A stretch of DNA of 64,000 nucleotides. Origin: an uncultured Actinomycetes bacterium. GTDB taxonomy: Bacteria; Actinomycetota; Actinomycetes; Streptosporangiales; Streptosporangiaceae. Shown in pieces: positions 34,953-44,430 of this stretch (its first letter is position 1; every line of letters begins with the position of its first letter). The notes beneath the pieces are model-generated. The model searched no databases. It saw nothing but the letters and a program-made list of their open reading frames with translations, and was not told where the DNA came from. Both the position numbers and the translations under genes were made by a program. Where the stretch lies: contig CAWBKD010000005.1 of NCBI GenBank assembly GCA_963789225.1, positions 223,641 through 287,640 of the forward strand, read 5' to 3'.

Positions 34953-36230
34953 GTGACACCCGGACAGCAACCTGCATCGCAGCGACAGCTTGTTGACCCG
35001 TACGTGGGTCAGTACGCCGAGCGAGCCGTCGGGATGGTCGCCTCCGAGATCCGGGCGCTGTTCGCGGTCGCGGCCCGGCCCGAGATCGTTTCGCTGGCCG
35101 GCGGCTCGCCCTATGTGGCCGCGCTTCCGCTGGACGCGGTGGGCGACATGGTGGGCAAGCTGATCGCCGAGCGCGGCGACAGCGCGCTGCAGTACTGCAC
35201 CGCACAGGGCGACGCCGGGCTGCGGGAGCGGATCTGCGGGGTCATGGCGCTGGAGGAGATACCGGCCCACCCGGACGAGATCGTGGTCACCGTCGGCTCC
35301 CAGCAGGCGCTCGACCTGCTGGCCAGGATATTCATCGACCCGGGCGACGTGATCTTGGCCGAGGCGCCGTCCTACGTGGGCGCGCTGGGTGCCTTTGCCG
35401 CCTACCAGGCGTCCGTGCTGCACGTGGCGATGGATGACGACGGGCTGATTCCCGAGGCGCTCGAGGAGGCGATCCGGCGGACCGCCGCAGCGGGCAGGCG
35501 GGCCAAGTTCCTCTACACGGTGCCGAACTTCCACAACCCGGCCGGGGTCACGCTGGCCGCCGACCGCCGACACCGGATTCTCGACATCTGCCACCGCGAG
35601 GGCCTGCTCGTCATCGAGGACAACCCCTACGGGCTGCTCGGCTTCGACGGCGAGCCGATGCGCGCGCTGCGCGCGGACGACGACGAGGGTGTCGTGTACC
35701 TCGGCACGTTCTCCAAGACGTTCGCCGCGGGCGTGCGAGTCGGCTGGGCGGTCGCCCCGGCGGCCATCAGGGACAAGCTGATCCTGGCCGCCGAGTCGGC
35801 CGTGCTCTGCCACTCAAGCTTCGCCCAGCTGACCGTCCGCGAGTACCTGACCACCCAGCCGTGGCAGGAGCAGATCAAGACCTTCCGCGAGCTCTACCGC
35901 GAGCGGCGGGATGCCACGCTGAGCGCCCTGTCCAGGATGATGCCGCCGGGGTGCCACTGGACGCGCCCGGCCGGCGGCTTCTACGTGTGGCTGCGGCTCC
36001 CGGACGGCGTCAACGCCAAGGCCATGCTGCCCCGGGCGATCTCCTCGCGGGTCGCCTACGTACCGGGAACGGGCTTCTACGCGGACGGCTCGGGCGGACA
36101 GTACGCCCGGCTCTGCTACTCGTTCCCTGAGCCCGCCCGGATCGCCGAAGGCGTCCGCCGGCTCGCCTCGGTGATCCAGACCGAGATCCAGCTGCGGGAT
36201 GACTTCGGCCCGGCCACGGAAACGCCGTAG
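34953..36230 (+). CDS. PLP-dependent aminotransferase (class I/II, 2-aminoadipate/MocR-less type)
   Basis: SEIRALFAVAARPEIVSLAGGSPY...LQYCTAQGDAGLRE...YTVPNFHNPAGVTL...GTFSKTFAAGVRVGW (PLP Lys). Confidence 0.88.
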   Translation: MTPGQQPASQRQLVDPYVGQYAERAVGMVASEIRALFAVAARPEIVSLAGGSPYVAALPLDAVGDMVGKLIAERGDSALQYCTAQGDAGLRERICGVMALEEIPAHPDEIVVTVGSQQALDLLARIFIDPGDVILAEAPSYVGALGAFAAYQASVLHVAMDDDGLIPEALEEAIRRTAAAGRRAKFLYTVPNFHNPAGVTLAADRRHRILDICHREGLLVIEDNPYGLLGFDGEPMRALRADDDEGVVYLGTFSKTFAAGVRVGWAVAPAAIRDKLILAAESAVLCHSSFAQLTVREYLTTQPWQEQIKTFRELYRERRDATLSALSRMMPPGCHWTRPAGGFYVWLRLPDGVNAKAMLPRAISSRVAYVPGTGFYADGSGGQYARLCYSFPEPARIAEGVRRLASVIQTEIQLRDDFGPATETP

Positions 36231-36259
36231 CCGCCCGACCACGAGCATACTTCGAAATC

Positions 36260-37222
36260 ATGGACGATAGGACCGAACTAGATCAGGTCGTGGTGCTGGC
36301 CGGCGGGCTGTCCCCGGAGCGGGAGGTGTCGCTGCGCTCAGGTCACCGGATCCGCGACGCGCTCATCCAAGCCGGCATCGACGCCGTCGTGGCGGACGCA
36401 GACGCGGCGCTGCTCGGCCACCTCCGGGAGGACCCGCCCAGCGCGGTATTCCCGGCCATCCACGGGGCATGCGGGGAGGACGGCGCGATCCGGGAGGTGC
36501 TGGGGCTGCTCGGCACGCCGTACGTCGGGTCGGTCGCCACCGCCTGCCAGCTGGCCTTCGACAAGCCGACCGCCAAGACCCTGGTCGCGACGGCCGGGGT
36601 GACCACGCCGTCCTCCGTGACGCTGCCCCGGGAGACGTTCCACGACCTCGGCGCCGCCGCGGTGATCGACCTCATCATCGGCAAGCTCGGGCTGCCGCTG
36701 TACGTCAAGCCCTCGCGCGGCGGGTCCGCGCTGGGCGCGGGGCCGGTGCGGGCAGCGGCCGGGCTGCCGGCTGCCCTGCTGAGCTGCTTCGCCTACGGCG
36801 ACATCGCGCTGGTCGAGCGGTTCATCCCCGGGACCGAGGTCACCGTCGGAGTGATCGACCTCGGCCACGGCCCGCAGGCCCTGCCCGCGGTCGAGATCGT
36901 CCCCGGCGGTGATGCCTACGATTACGCGGCCAGGTATACCCCGGGCAAGACGGAGTTCTTCGTCCCGGCCCGGCTGCCCCGCGACGTCGCAGCGCAAGCC
37001 GAGCAGATCGCGATCGCCGCGCACTCGGTGCTCGGGCTGCGCGACCTGTCCAGGACGGACCTGATCGTGGCCGACGACGGTACGGCCTACTTCCTCGAGG
37101 TCAACGTCTCGCCGGGGATGACCGAGACGAGCACGCTGCCGATGGCGCTGCAGGCCTCGGGGCACCCGTTCGGCGCGACGTGCGTCAGCCTGCTCGAGCT
37201 CGCCGCCGCCCGCGGCGCCTAG
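36260..37222 (+). CDS. ddl: D-alanine--D-alanine ligase
   Basis: VVVLAGGLSPEREVSLRSG...FPAIHGACGEDGAIREVLGLLGTPYVGS...DKPTAKTL...PLYVKPSRGGSALG...YFLEVNVSPGMTETS. Confidence 0.92.
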   Translation: MDDRTELDQVVVLAGGLSPEREVSLRSGHRIRDALIQAGIDAVVADADAALLGHLREDPPSAVFPAIHGACGEDGAIREVLGLLGTPYVGSVATACQLAFDKPTAKTLVATAGVTTPSSVTLPRETFHDLGAAAVIDLIIGKLGLPLYVKPSRGGSALGAGPVRAAAGLPAALLSCFAYGDIALVERFIPGTEVTVGVIDLGHGPQALPAVEIVPGGDAYDYAARYTPGKTEFFVPARLPRDVAAQAEQIAIAAHSVLGLRDLSRTDLIVADDGTAYFLEVNVSPGMTETSTLPMALQASGHPFGATCVSLLELAAARGA

Positions 37223-37272
37223 GGGAACTGCCTGACCCGGCCCGGCCGACTCGGTCCCCTAGGCTCGTGTCC

Positions 37273-38313
37273 ATGACACAGCGCAAGAGCTTCGGGAGCG
37301 ACAACCACGCTGGTGCCCATCCGGCGGTCCTGCGCGCGATGGTGGAGGCCAATCCGGGTGATGCGGTCGCGTACGGCGCGGACGACTGGACCGCGCGCGT
37401 GACCGCGGGCCTGCGCGAGACCTTTCGGGCGGAGGGAGGCGCCTTCCTCGTCCTCAACGGCAGCGGGGCCAACATCCTCGGCCTCAGCATCCTGCTGCGC
37501 CGGCACGAGGCGGTCGTCTGCGCCGACTCCGCGCACATCAACACCGACGAGTGCGGTTCACCCGAGCGCCTGGTCGGGGCCAAGCTCCTGACGGTACCGA
37601 CCGCGGACGGCAAGCTCACGCCGGAGCTGATCGCGGGACAGCTCTCCGGGCGGGGTGACGAACACCGCTCGCAGCCGGGGGTCGTGGCCATCACCCAGTC
37701 AACCGAGCTCGGTACCTGCTACACGCTGGCCGAGATCCGGAAGATAGCGGACTTCTGCCACGCCAACGCCCTTCAGTTGTTCCTGGACGGGGCCCGCCTG
37801 GCCAACGCGGCCGCCTTCCTCGGCTGCTCGCTCGCGGAACTGGCCGAGGGCGTGGACGTGCTGAGCTTCGGCGGCACCAAGAACGGTGCGATCGGAGCGG
37901 AGGCGCTCATCGTGATGCGCAGCGGCCTCGAGGTGGATGCCCCGTACCTCCGCAAGCAGCAGACCCAGCTGACCTCCAAGATGCGGTTCATAGCCGCCCA
38001 GTTCGGCGCGCTGCTGGAGGATGACCTCTGGCGCGCCAACGCGGCTCACGCCAACGCCATGGCCCGCAGGCTCGCCGACGGGGCGGGCGCCGTGGCGGGC
38101 GTCGAGATCGTCCACCCGGTCCAGGCCAACGCGGTCTTCGCCCGGCTGTCCGCCCGGCACATCGAGGCCCTGCGCCGCGACTGGATCTTCCACCCCTGGG
38201 ACGAACGCGAGTCGGTGGTCCGCTGGATGACCGCGTTCGACACCACGGAATCCGACGTCGATACCTTCCTGGCTGACATCCGCGAGAGTGCCGAGGTTTC
38301 CCGTGTAACATGA
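37273..38313 (+). CDS. ltaE: low-specificity L-threonine aldolase / beta-eliminating lyase family
   Basis: ATG 37273: MTQRKSFGSDNHAGAHPAVLRAMVEANPGD...LNGSGANILGL...SFGGTKNGAIGAEAL (PLP Lys). Confidence 0.85.
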   Translation: MTQRKSFGSDNHAGAHPAVLRAMVEANPGDAVAYGADDWTARVTAGLRETFRAEGGAFLVLNGSGANILGLSILLRRHEAVVCADSAHINTDECGSPERLVGAKLLTVPTADGKLTPELIAGQLSGRGDEHRSQPGVVAITQSTELGTCYTLAEIRKIADFCHANALQLFLDGARLANAAAFLGCSLAELAEGVDVLSFGGTKNGAIGAEALIVMRSGLEVDAPYLRKQQTQLTSKMRFIAAQFGALLEDDLWRANAAHANAMARRLADGAGAVAGVEIVHPVQANAVFARLSARHIEALRRDWIFHPWDERESVVRWMTAFDTTESDVDTFLADIRESAEVSRVT

Positions 38314-38338
38314 CGGTGAAACAACACGGGAGCGTGCG

Positions 38339-38776
38339 ATGCCATCACAGTTCGAGTTCGGATTCCTCGTCGGCCTGCTCGTCGGGGAAGGCCACTTCGG
38401 CGGTGACGGTCGCCAGCCGCACGTGACCCTCCGCATGCACGTCAGGCACGAGGCGATCTTCCGGTGGCTGGAGCGCACCTTCCCTGGCGGCCGTGTCTAC
38501 GGGCCCTATCACCACGGCGGGCGGGACTACCTCCAGTGGATGGCGCGCGGGGCCTTCCTGCGAGACGAACTCCTGCCCGTGCTCGACCGGTTTCTCTCGC
38601 CCAGCCTGGACCGCCACAGCTTCGAGCGCTTCCAGCTCATGAAGGCCCGCTACCCCCTCGCCGGCGCCGAGCCGGAACGGGCGATCGCGCCCGCGACCCG
38701 CGGATCGGCACCCGCACCCGAACCCGAGACCTTCGCCGAGCTGCTGACCGAGCTCCGGGAAGTCTGGCCGTCCTGA
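38339..38776 (+). CDS. free-standing single-motif LAGLIDADG-like protein
   Basis: GGGAG lies 6 nt upstream of ATG. The N-terminus FEFGFLVGLLVGEGHFGGDGRQPHVTLRM matches the LAGLIDADG helix plus an acidic residue. Then come ...IFRWLERTFPGGRVYGP...YLQWMARGAFLRDELLPVLDRF and a ~40-aa tail. Confidence 0.6.
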   Translation: MPSQFEFGFLVGLLVGEGHFGGDGRQPHVTLRMHVRHEAIFRWLERTFPGGRVYGPYHHGGRDYLQWMARGAFLRDELLPVLDRFLSPSLDRHSFERFQLMKARYPLAGAEPERAIAPATRGSAPAPEPETFAELLTELREVWPS

Positions 38777-38784
38777 CCAGGCCG

Positions 38785-39780
38785 CTAGTCCGCAGACTCC
38801 TGCTCGAACGCGGCGGGGGTCATCGCCTGCACGATGCGCTGCAGGTCGTCGAACGTCGCGAACTCTACGACGATCTTCCCCTTGTTGCGGCCTAGCTCCA
38901 CCTTGACCCGGGTTTCGAACAGGTCGGAGAGGCGGTCGGCCAGGCGGCGGAGTCCGGGAGCCGTCGGTTGCTTGGCCGCGGTTCGCGCCGAGCGGCGCGG
39001 TGGCGACTCGTCGGAGCCGACGGCGACGATCTCCTCGACGGCCCGGACCGACAGGCCCTCGGCGACGACCCGGGTCGCCAGGTGCTCCTGCGCCTCGGCG
39101 TCCTCCAGGCTGAGCAGCGCGCGCGCGTGGCCGGCGGACAGGACACCGGCCGCGACGCGCTTCTGGACGGCCGGCGGCAGGTTCAGCAGCCGGAGCGTGT
39201 TGCTGATGTGCGGGCGGGAGCGGCCGATCTTGCGCGCGAGTTCTTCGTGGGTGGCACCGAAGTCATCGAGCAGCTGCTGGTAGGCCGCCGCCTCTTCGAG
39301 CGGGTCGAGCTGCTGCCGGTGCAGGTTCTCGATCAGCGCTTCCCTGAGCATGTCGTTGTCTTGCGTCTGCTTGACGATGGCACCGATCTCGCTCAGCCCG
39401 GCCCGCTGGGCGGCACGCCACCTCCGCTCGCCCATGACGAGCTCGTATCGGCCCGGAGCCACGGCCCGGACGACCACGGGCTGCAGCAAGCCGACCTGCC
39501 TGATGGACTCGGCGAGCTCATCGAGCGCGTCCTCGTCGAAGCTCCGCCTCGGCTGGCGGGGATTGGGGGTGATCGCGGTGACGGCGATCTCGGCGTACCG
39601 GGCACCGACCACCTCGTCCAGCCCGGCGTCGGCCTCGGGCGCGCCCGCGGGGATCCCGCGCCTGCCCGCCAGCAGCGCTGCGTCACCCCCCCGGGCCGCC
39701 TCGCCCTCAGATGTCAAGACGGACTCCGGGATCAGGGCCCCGAGTCCCCGGCCTAGACCTCGCCTTTGCTGAGCCACCAC
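38785..39780 (-). CDS. parB: chromosome partitioning protein ParB
   Basis: [62 protein letters not shown], and HTH region [23 protein letters not shown]. Confidence 0.95.
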   Translation of the reverse strand: MVAQQRRGLGRGLGALIPESVLTSEGEAARGGDAALLAGRRGIPAGAPEADAGLDEVVGARYAEIAVTAITPNPRQPRRSFDEDALDELAESIRQVGLLQPVVVRAVAPGRYELVMGERRWRAAQRAGLSEIGAIVKQTQDNDMLREALIENLHRQQLDPLEEAAAYQQLLDDFGATHEELARKIGRSRPHISNTLRLLNLPPAVQKRVAAGVLSAGHARALLSLEDAEAQEHLATRVVAEGLSVRAVEEIVAVGSDESPPRRSARTAAKQPTAPGLRRLADRLSDLFETRVKVELGRNKGKIVVEFATFDDLQRIVQAMTPAAFEQESAD

Positions 39781-39800
39781 GTCTCCCCGGTCTAGCCGCG

Positions 39801-41003
39801 TTACTGAGTTCTCGCCGACTGCATCGCCAGTTCGCGGGCCGCCTCCATGTAGGCGATGGCGCCGCTCGACGCGGGGTCGTACGTGATCACCGATTGCCCC
39901 CGGCTCGGCGCCTCCGACACCCGGACGCTCCTCGGGATGATCGTGTGCAGGACCGAGGCACCGAAGTGCGTGCGCACGTCATCGGCCACGTCCGACGCGA
40001 GCCTGGTGCGTCCGTCGTACATCGTCAGCAGCACGGTCGAGACGTGCAGGCCGGGGTTGAAGTTGACCCGGACCAGCTCCGCGGTGTTCAGCAGCTGCTG
40101 GACCCCCTCGAGGGCGTAGTACTCGCACTGGATGGGGAGCAGGACCTCCTCGGCGGCGACCAGGGCGTTGATGGTCAGCAGCCCGAGCGACGGAGGGCAG
40201 TCGACGAACAGGTAGTCCAGGTTTGACATGTCGAAGGCCCGCAGGGCCCGGGCCAGCCGGAGTTCCCTGGCCACGACCGGGACCAGCTCGATCTCCGCGC
40301 CCGCGAGGTCGATGGTGGCCGGCACGCAGTAAAGGCCCGGCATGTCCCCGGCCGGCCGCACGACCTCGGCCAGCGGGCGGTCGTCGACCAGCACGTCGTA
40401 GACCGAGGGAACCCCGGAGTGGTGTTCCACGTCGAGTGCGGTCGATGCGTTGCCCTGCGGGTCCAGGTCTAGGACGAGGACGCGCGAGCCGTGCTGCGCC
40501 AGGGCGGCGGCCAGGTTGACCGCGGTGGTGGTCTTCCCCACTCCGCCTTTCTGGTTCGCGATCGTCATGACCCGGCAGCGGAACGGGCGCGGCCACGGCT
40601 GGTGGTCGCTCATGCCGCGGACGACCACCGCGGCTTCGGCCGCCCGGCCGATCGGGGTATCCGCGGGATCGGACGGTACCTCCGGGATGACCACCGACCT
40701 GGTTCCAGGCGAAGCCGACGCGGCAGCCGCCGGGTCCTCGCGCCGGTCACTGACCCCGCGGCCCCCCTGCACCCGGCCGCCCGCACCGCCAGCCTCCGGC
40801 CTGTCTCCGTTCACCTGAACGCCTTTCGATTCTCGGTCTGCATCCGGCTGACCCGGACCGGGCCCGCCGTCGGCCGCCGGCCAGCCCAACCCCCCGATCG
40901 CGGCTACGCCGCCAGCCAGCACCGTGTCTTCCTGTTCCCGTCCCGGCGACCCGTCCGGCCAGCCCAGCCCCGCTGTGTCCTGCTGGTGATAGCTGAGCCT
41001 CAC
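39801..41003 (-). CDS. parA: chromosome partitioning ATPase ParA (long N-terminal extension; start uncertain)
   Basis: Deviant Walker [25 protein letters not shown], then [12 protein letters not shown]. The longest ORF starts at GTG 41003, 12 nt after the rsmG stop. Internal starts are possible (for example GTG ..VNGDRPE). Confidence 0.9.
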   Translation of the reverse strand: MRLSYHQQDTAGLGWPDGSPGREQEDTVLAGGVAAIGGLGWPAADGGPGPGQPDADRESKGVQVNGDRPEAGGAGGRVQGGRGVSDRREDPAAAASASPGTRSVVIPEVPSDPADTPIGRAAEAAVVVRGMSDHQPWPRPFRCRVMTIANQKGGVGKTTTAVNLAAALAQHGSRVLVLDLDPQGNASTALDVEHHSGVPSVYDVLVDDRPLAEVVRPAGDMPGLYCVPATIDLAGAEIELVPVVARELRLARALRAFDMSNLDYLFVDCPPSLGLLTINALVAAEEVLLPIQCEYYALEGVQQLLNTAELVRVNFNPGLHVSTVLLTMYDGRTRLASDVADDVRTHFGASVLHTIIPRSVRVSEAPSRGQSVITYDPASSGAIAYMEAARELAMQSARTQ

Positions 41004-41015
41004 CTATGTCCTGCC

Positions 41016-41648
41016 TTACTGAGCGAAGAACCGCACGACGGTAGTCGCAGGAACGACCTTACCTTGCCCCGCCCGCACAACCTGGGCACTGCGCGCACCA
41101 ATTCGGCGCAGGACAGGACCGGCGCTCTTGAGCTCCTCCGGGGCTGTGATCCCCTTGATCGCCAGAACCATTCCTCCCGGGCGTACCAGGCCCACGGCCA
41201 GCTCGACCAGTCGGGGCAGCGGGGCCACCGCCCGCGCCGTCGCGACATCCGCCCGCAGCAGGCCCGCCCTCGCGACATCCTCCGCGCGGCCCCGCAGCAC
41301 GCTGGCGTTGGCGAGGCCCAGCTCGGTCACGCACTCGGTGAGGAAGCGGCAGCGCCGCTCCATGGGCTCCAGCAGGGTGATCGTGACCTCGGGCCGCACC
41401 ATGGCCAGGACCAGCCCGGGCAGCCCGGCGCCGGAGCCGATGTCCACCAGCGTCTGGCACTGCTCGTCGATCAGCTCGGCCACCACCGCGCAGTTGAGCA
41501 GGTGCCTGTCCCACAGCCTCGGCACCTCACGCGGGCCGATCAGGCCCTGCTCCACGCCGCGCGTAGCCAGCACGTCCGCGAAGGCCTCGGCGGTGGCCAG
41601 GGCGGCCCCGAACACGGTCGCCGCGCTCGGAGGGGGCGTCGGCATCAC
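41016..41648 (-). CDS. rsmG: 16S rRNA (guanine527-N7)-methyltransferase
   Basis: LWDRHLLNCAVVAELI...LVDIGSGAGLPGLVLAM...ITLLEPMERRCRFL. The GTGATG start overlaps the jag stop. Confidence 0.92.
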   Translation of the reverse strand: MMPTPPPSAATVFGAALATAEAFADVLATRGVEQGLIGPREVPRLWDRHLLNCAVVAELIDEQCQTLVDIGSGAGLPGLVLAMVRPEVTITLLEPMERRCRFLTECVTELGLANASVLRGRAEDVARAGLLRADVATARAVAPLPRLVELAVGLVRPGGMVLAIKGITAPEELKSAGPVLRRIGARSAQVVRAGQGKVVPATTVVRFFAQ

Positions 41649-42181
41649 CCGACAGGGAAGACGATCACCCGCCGGTTCGGTTCCTCACCCTCCGACTCGC
41701 TGCGCTGGCCTGCCGCGGCTACCGCGTCGTGAACGATCTTCCGCTCGAACGGCGACATGGCCTCCAGCGTCTTCGGCTCGCCCGTCCGCGCGACCTCCTC
41801 GGCGACGGTGCGCCCGTAGTCGGCCAGTTCCGTGCGGCGCCGCGCTCGGTAGCCTCCGATGTCGAGCATCAGCCTGGCGCGTGCGCCGGTCTGCCGGTGT
41901 ACCGCCAGGCGGGTCAGTTCCTGCAGCGCCTCCAGGACCTCGCCGTCGTCGCCGACCAGCTCTTCCAGGGTCGCCCCGACGACGGACACGATTGCACGAT
42001 CACCCTCGACGTCCATGTCGATATCGCCGTCCAGATCGGCGATATCCAGCAGGCCCTCTACGTAGTCAGCGGCGACGTCGCCCTCCAGCTCAAGATCGCT
42101 GAGCCGCGGGCTGGCCTCGTCCGCCTCGTCGGCGTCGAGTTCCTCCGCCTCGTCCGAGACCTCTACGTCCTGCTGGCTCAC
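41645..42181 (-). CDS. jag: Jag/KhpB-type R3H and KH domain RNA-binding protein
   Basis: GGAGG lies 7 nt before GTG 42181. An acidic N-terminus is followed by ADYVEGLLDIADLDGDIDMDVEGDRAIVSV and the R3H end MSPFERKIVHDAVAAAG...SESEGEEPNRRVIV. Confidence 0.88.
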   Translation of the reverse strand: MSQQDVEVSDEAEELDADEADEASPRLSDLELEGDVAADYVEGLLDIADLDGDIDMDVEGDRAIVSVVGATLEELVGDDGEVLEALQELTRLAVHRQTGARARLMLDIGGYRARRRTELADYGRTVAEEVARTGEPKTLEAMSPFERKIVHDAVAAAGQRSESEGEEPNRRVIVFPVG

Positions 42182-42206
42182 GACCGGACCTCCACTGCTC
42201 TCGGCA

Positions 42207-43370
42207 TCACCGCTTACCCGACCGTTTGCTTCTGGCCTGCCGGTTCGGCTGCTGCCGCACCACCTTAGTGGTGGGCACTTCGGGCTCGGGCTCGGGCTCC
42301 GGCTTCGGCCTGCCGAGCCTGAGTAGCCCGCGCTTCTCGGTACCGTTCTGCCCAGTCGCCGCCGCGGACGCGGTGGCGGTCTGGCTGCGGGGCGCCGGTC
42401 GGGTCCGTGCGCCGCCCGCCGCCGGGCCCCGCGGCGCGCTCGTGCTGGCTCGCCCGTTGTTCGTTCCGGTCCGCGAACCGCCCGACGGTGCCTTCGCGCT
42501 GCCGCCGGAGGCTGGCTTGGCGGCACCGGACTTCGGGCGCGGGGAAGTGCTTGTCGCTTCTTCCTTGGCCCACGCACGCGTCTCTGCCAGCTCCGACCCC
42601 GGGGGCGCCCAGTTCCTGAACATGAAGTACTGCTGGCCCAGCGTCCACAGGTTCGTGGTCACCCAGTACAGCACCAGCCCGTACTGCCAGTAGAGCCCGG
42701 TCAGGGAGAAGAACGGGATGATGTACATCATGTACTTCTGCGACTGGGCCATCGGGTTGTCGGGGTCGATGTTGGTGTTCATCAGACCGCGCTTGGAGCT
42801 CTGCCGGACAGTCATGAACGTGGTCGACGCGCTCACCACCACGGTCAGCGCGATGACGATGGCCACGTGCACCGACGGCGAGGGGTGCGCGAACAGCAGC
42901 TTGTCGCCCAGGTGCACGCCGAAGATCGTTGCCTTCTGCGCGCTCTGCTCGATCGGCACGGTCAGCCCGTAGGCGGGCTTGACGCCCGGCTTCCACTCGG
43001 CGATGGCCCGCAGCACGTAGAACAGCGCGAAGAACACGATCATCTGCGGGATCATCGGCAGGCAGCCCGCCAGCGGGTTGACCCCGTTTTCCTTGTAGAA
43101 CTTCATCGTCTCTTCGTTGAGACGCTGCTTGTCGTTCTTGTACTTCTTGCGGAGCTCGGCCAGTTGCGGCGCGTGCTGGGACATCTTCCGCTGGGCGTGC
43201 ACCTGCTTGACGAACAGCGGGACGAGCAGCAGCCGGATGATGATGACCAGGACCGCGATGGACAGGCCCCAGGCCAGGCCGGTGTTCGGGCCGAACAGCG
43301 CGCCCATCGCGATATGGAGGTGGATGATCGCCCATGCCACCAGGTCAGCCAGCGGATTGAGAATGCTCAC
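42207..43370 (-). CDS. yidC: membrane protein insertase YidC
   Basis: [19 protein letters not shown]...[70 protein letters not shown]. The tail is basic and Ala/Pro-rich. Confidence 0.94.
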   Translation of the reverse strand: MSILNPLADLVAWAIIHLHIAMGALFGPNTGLAWGLSIAVLVIIIRLLLVPLFVKQVHAQRKMSQHAPQLAELRKKYKNDKQRLNEETMKFYKENGVNPLAGCLPMIPQMIVFFALFYVLRAIAEWKPGVKPAYGLTVPIEQSAQKATIFGVHLGDKLLFAHPSPSVHVAIVIALTVVVSASTTFMTVRQSSKRGLMNTNIDPDNPMAQSQKYMMYIIPFFSLTGLYWQYGLVLYWVTTNLWTLGQQYFMFRNWAPPGSELAETRAWAKEEATSTSPRPKSGAAKPASGGSAKAPSGGSRTGTNNGRASTSAPRGPAAGGARTRPAPRSQTATASAAATGQNGTEKRGLLRLGRPKPEPEPEPEVPTTKVVRQQPNRQARSKRSGKR

Positions 43371-43663
43371 CGGTCAGCTCCTCGCGGGCTTGGCGGGATT
43401 ACGCGGGACGGCACCGGGTCGTAACCGCCGGGATGAAACGGATGGCATCGGGCGATGCGCTTGACCGCGAGCCATAGCCCGCGCGCCGCGCCGTGCTCGG
43501 CCAGCGCGGTGAGCGCGTACTCGCTGCACGAGGGCGCGAACCTGCACCGCGGGCCCAGCAGGGGGCTCACGAACCGCCGGTAACCCGCGATGGGGACCAT
43601 GAGCAGCCGTGCCGGCACCGTCGCGGTGCGGCCCGGGCTGACCCGGGTTTGTGTCTGTGTCAT
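43367..43663 (-). CDS. yidD: membrane protein insertion efficiency factor YidD
   Basis: [58 protein letters not shown]. The start is ATG 43663 (or 43681). The stop overlaps the yidC GTG (GTGA). Confidence 0.9.
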   Translation of the reverse strand: MTQTQTRVSPGRTATVPARLLMVPIAGYRRFVSPLLGPRCRFAPSCSEYALTALAEHGAARGLWLAVKRIARCHPFHPGGYDPVPSRVIPPSPRGADR

Positions 43664-44012
43664 TACCGACGCGTGTCCCAACCTGCCGCTGCAGCAACCT
43701 GCCGATCACCAAATCCAGATCCGCGGCGAGATCCGGCTGGCTCGCGTGCGCGGCCTTAGCGTTTGCGCGCACCACAAGAAGGCTACCGCCCGGGAGCGAC
43801 TGAAGGTACCCGCGCATGAGCTCACGAAGCCGCCGCCGGACGCGGTTCCTGGTTACCGCCGAGCCTACCGCCCGGCTGACCACGAATCCGACCCTGGCCG
43901 GCTCCCGGTCATGCGCCCCGTCGGCCCGCACCAGCAGGTGACCTACCACCAGCGGCCGGCCGGCGCGAGTCCCGCTGCGCACGGTGAGCGCGAACTCCGC
44001 GCCCCGGCGCAT
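43374..44012 (-). CDS. rnpA: ribonuclease P protein component (ORF runs ~100 codons past the expected end, through yidD in another frame)
   Basis: (LPSQAR)[27 protein letters not shown]...[24 protein letters not shown]. The recognisable RnpA ends about ...[13 protein letters not shown] near 43680. Confidence 0.8.
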   Translation of the reverse strand: MRRGAEFALTVRSGTRAGRPLVVGHLLVRADGAHDREPARVGFVVSRAVGSAVTRNRVRRRLRELMRGYLQSLPGGSLLVVRANAKAAHASQPDLAADLDLVIGRLLQRQVGTRVGNDTDTNPGQPGPHRDGAGTAAHGPHRGLPAVREPPAGPAVQVRALVQRVRAHRAGRARRGARAMARGQAHRPMPSVSSRRLRPGAVPRNPAKPARS

Positions 44013-44032
44013 CCGGGCCTGGGACGGCAGGA

Positions 44033-44170
44033 TCAGGCACTCAGCTTTTCGCGGCCCTTGTGCCTGCGGGCCGCGAGAACGGCACGGCCCGCCCGGGTGC
44101 GCATGCGCAGCCGGAAACCATGCGTCCTCGCGCGGCGCCGATTGTTCGGCTGGAACGTGCGCTTACTCAC
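44033..44170 (-). CDS. rpmH: 50S ribosomal protein L34
   Basis: GTG 44170 with GGAG upstream: [45 protein letters not shown]. Confidence 0.95.
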   Translation of the reverse strand: MSKRTFQPNNRRRARTHGFRLRMRTRAGRAVLAARRHKGREKLSA

Positions 44171-44297
44171 TGGGGGCTCCAGGTAAAGGGATCGTGACAA
44201 CGCGTGGGCGTAGCGACGTACGGCTCGCGGATTCATCACAGGCTACCATCTGGAAGACCGCCGTTTGCCAGGCGTCTCCCGCCGCCGCGGCTTAGGC

Positions 44298-44385
44298 TGT
44301 GGAAAGTTATTCTCCCCGAGCTGTCGCGGTCACCGTGTGCAGCCGGGATGCCACGTGCACAACATGTGGATAGTTCTGTGGATCG
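44298..44385. promoter_or_regulatory. DnaA boxes in the dnaA promoter region
   Basis: Boxes found: tgtggatag 44365-44373 (CTATCCACA), tgtggatcg 44377-44385 (CGATCCACA) and tgtggaaag 44298-44306 (CTTTCCACA). All lie on the minus strand, 46-130 nt upstream of the dnaA start. Confidence 0.55.
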
Positions 44386-44430
44386 TGGGCCCTGGCTCGC
44401 GGCATTGGGGATGCGAGGGGAGCACACAGG

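Noticed and set aside
38296-38323. parS-like sequence GTTTCCCGTGTAAC at the end of ltaE, followed by a GTGAAAC half-site, ~470 nt from the parB stop.
   Set aside because: It has two mismatches to the GTTTCACGTGAAAC consensus that break the central palindrome. I found no perfect parS by eye anywhere in the window, but a visual scan is unreliable. A pattern search allowing up to 1 mismatch is needed.
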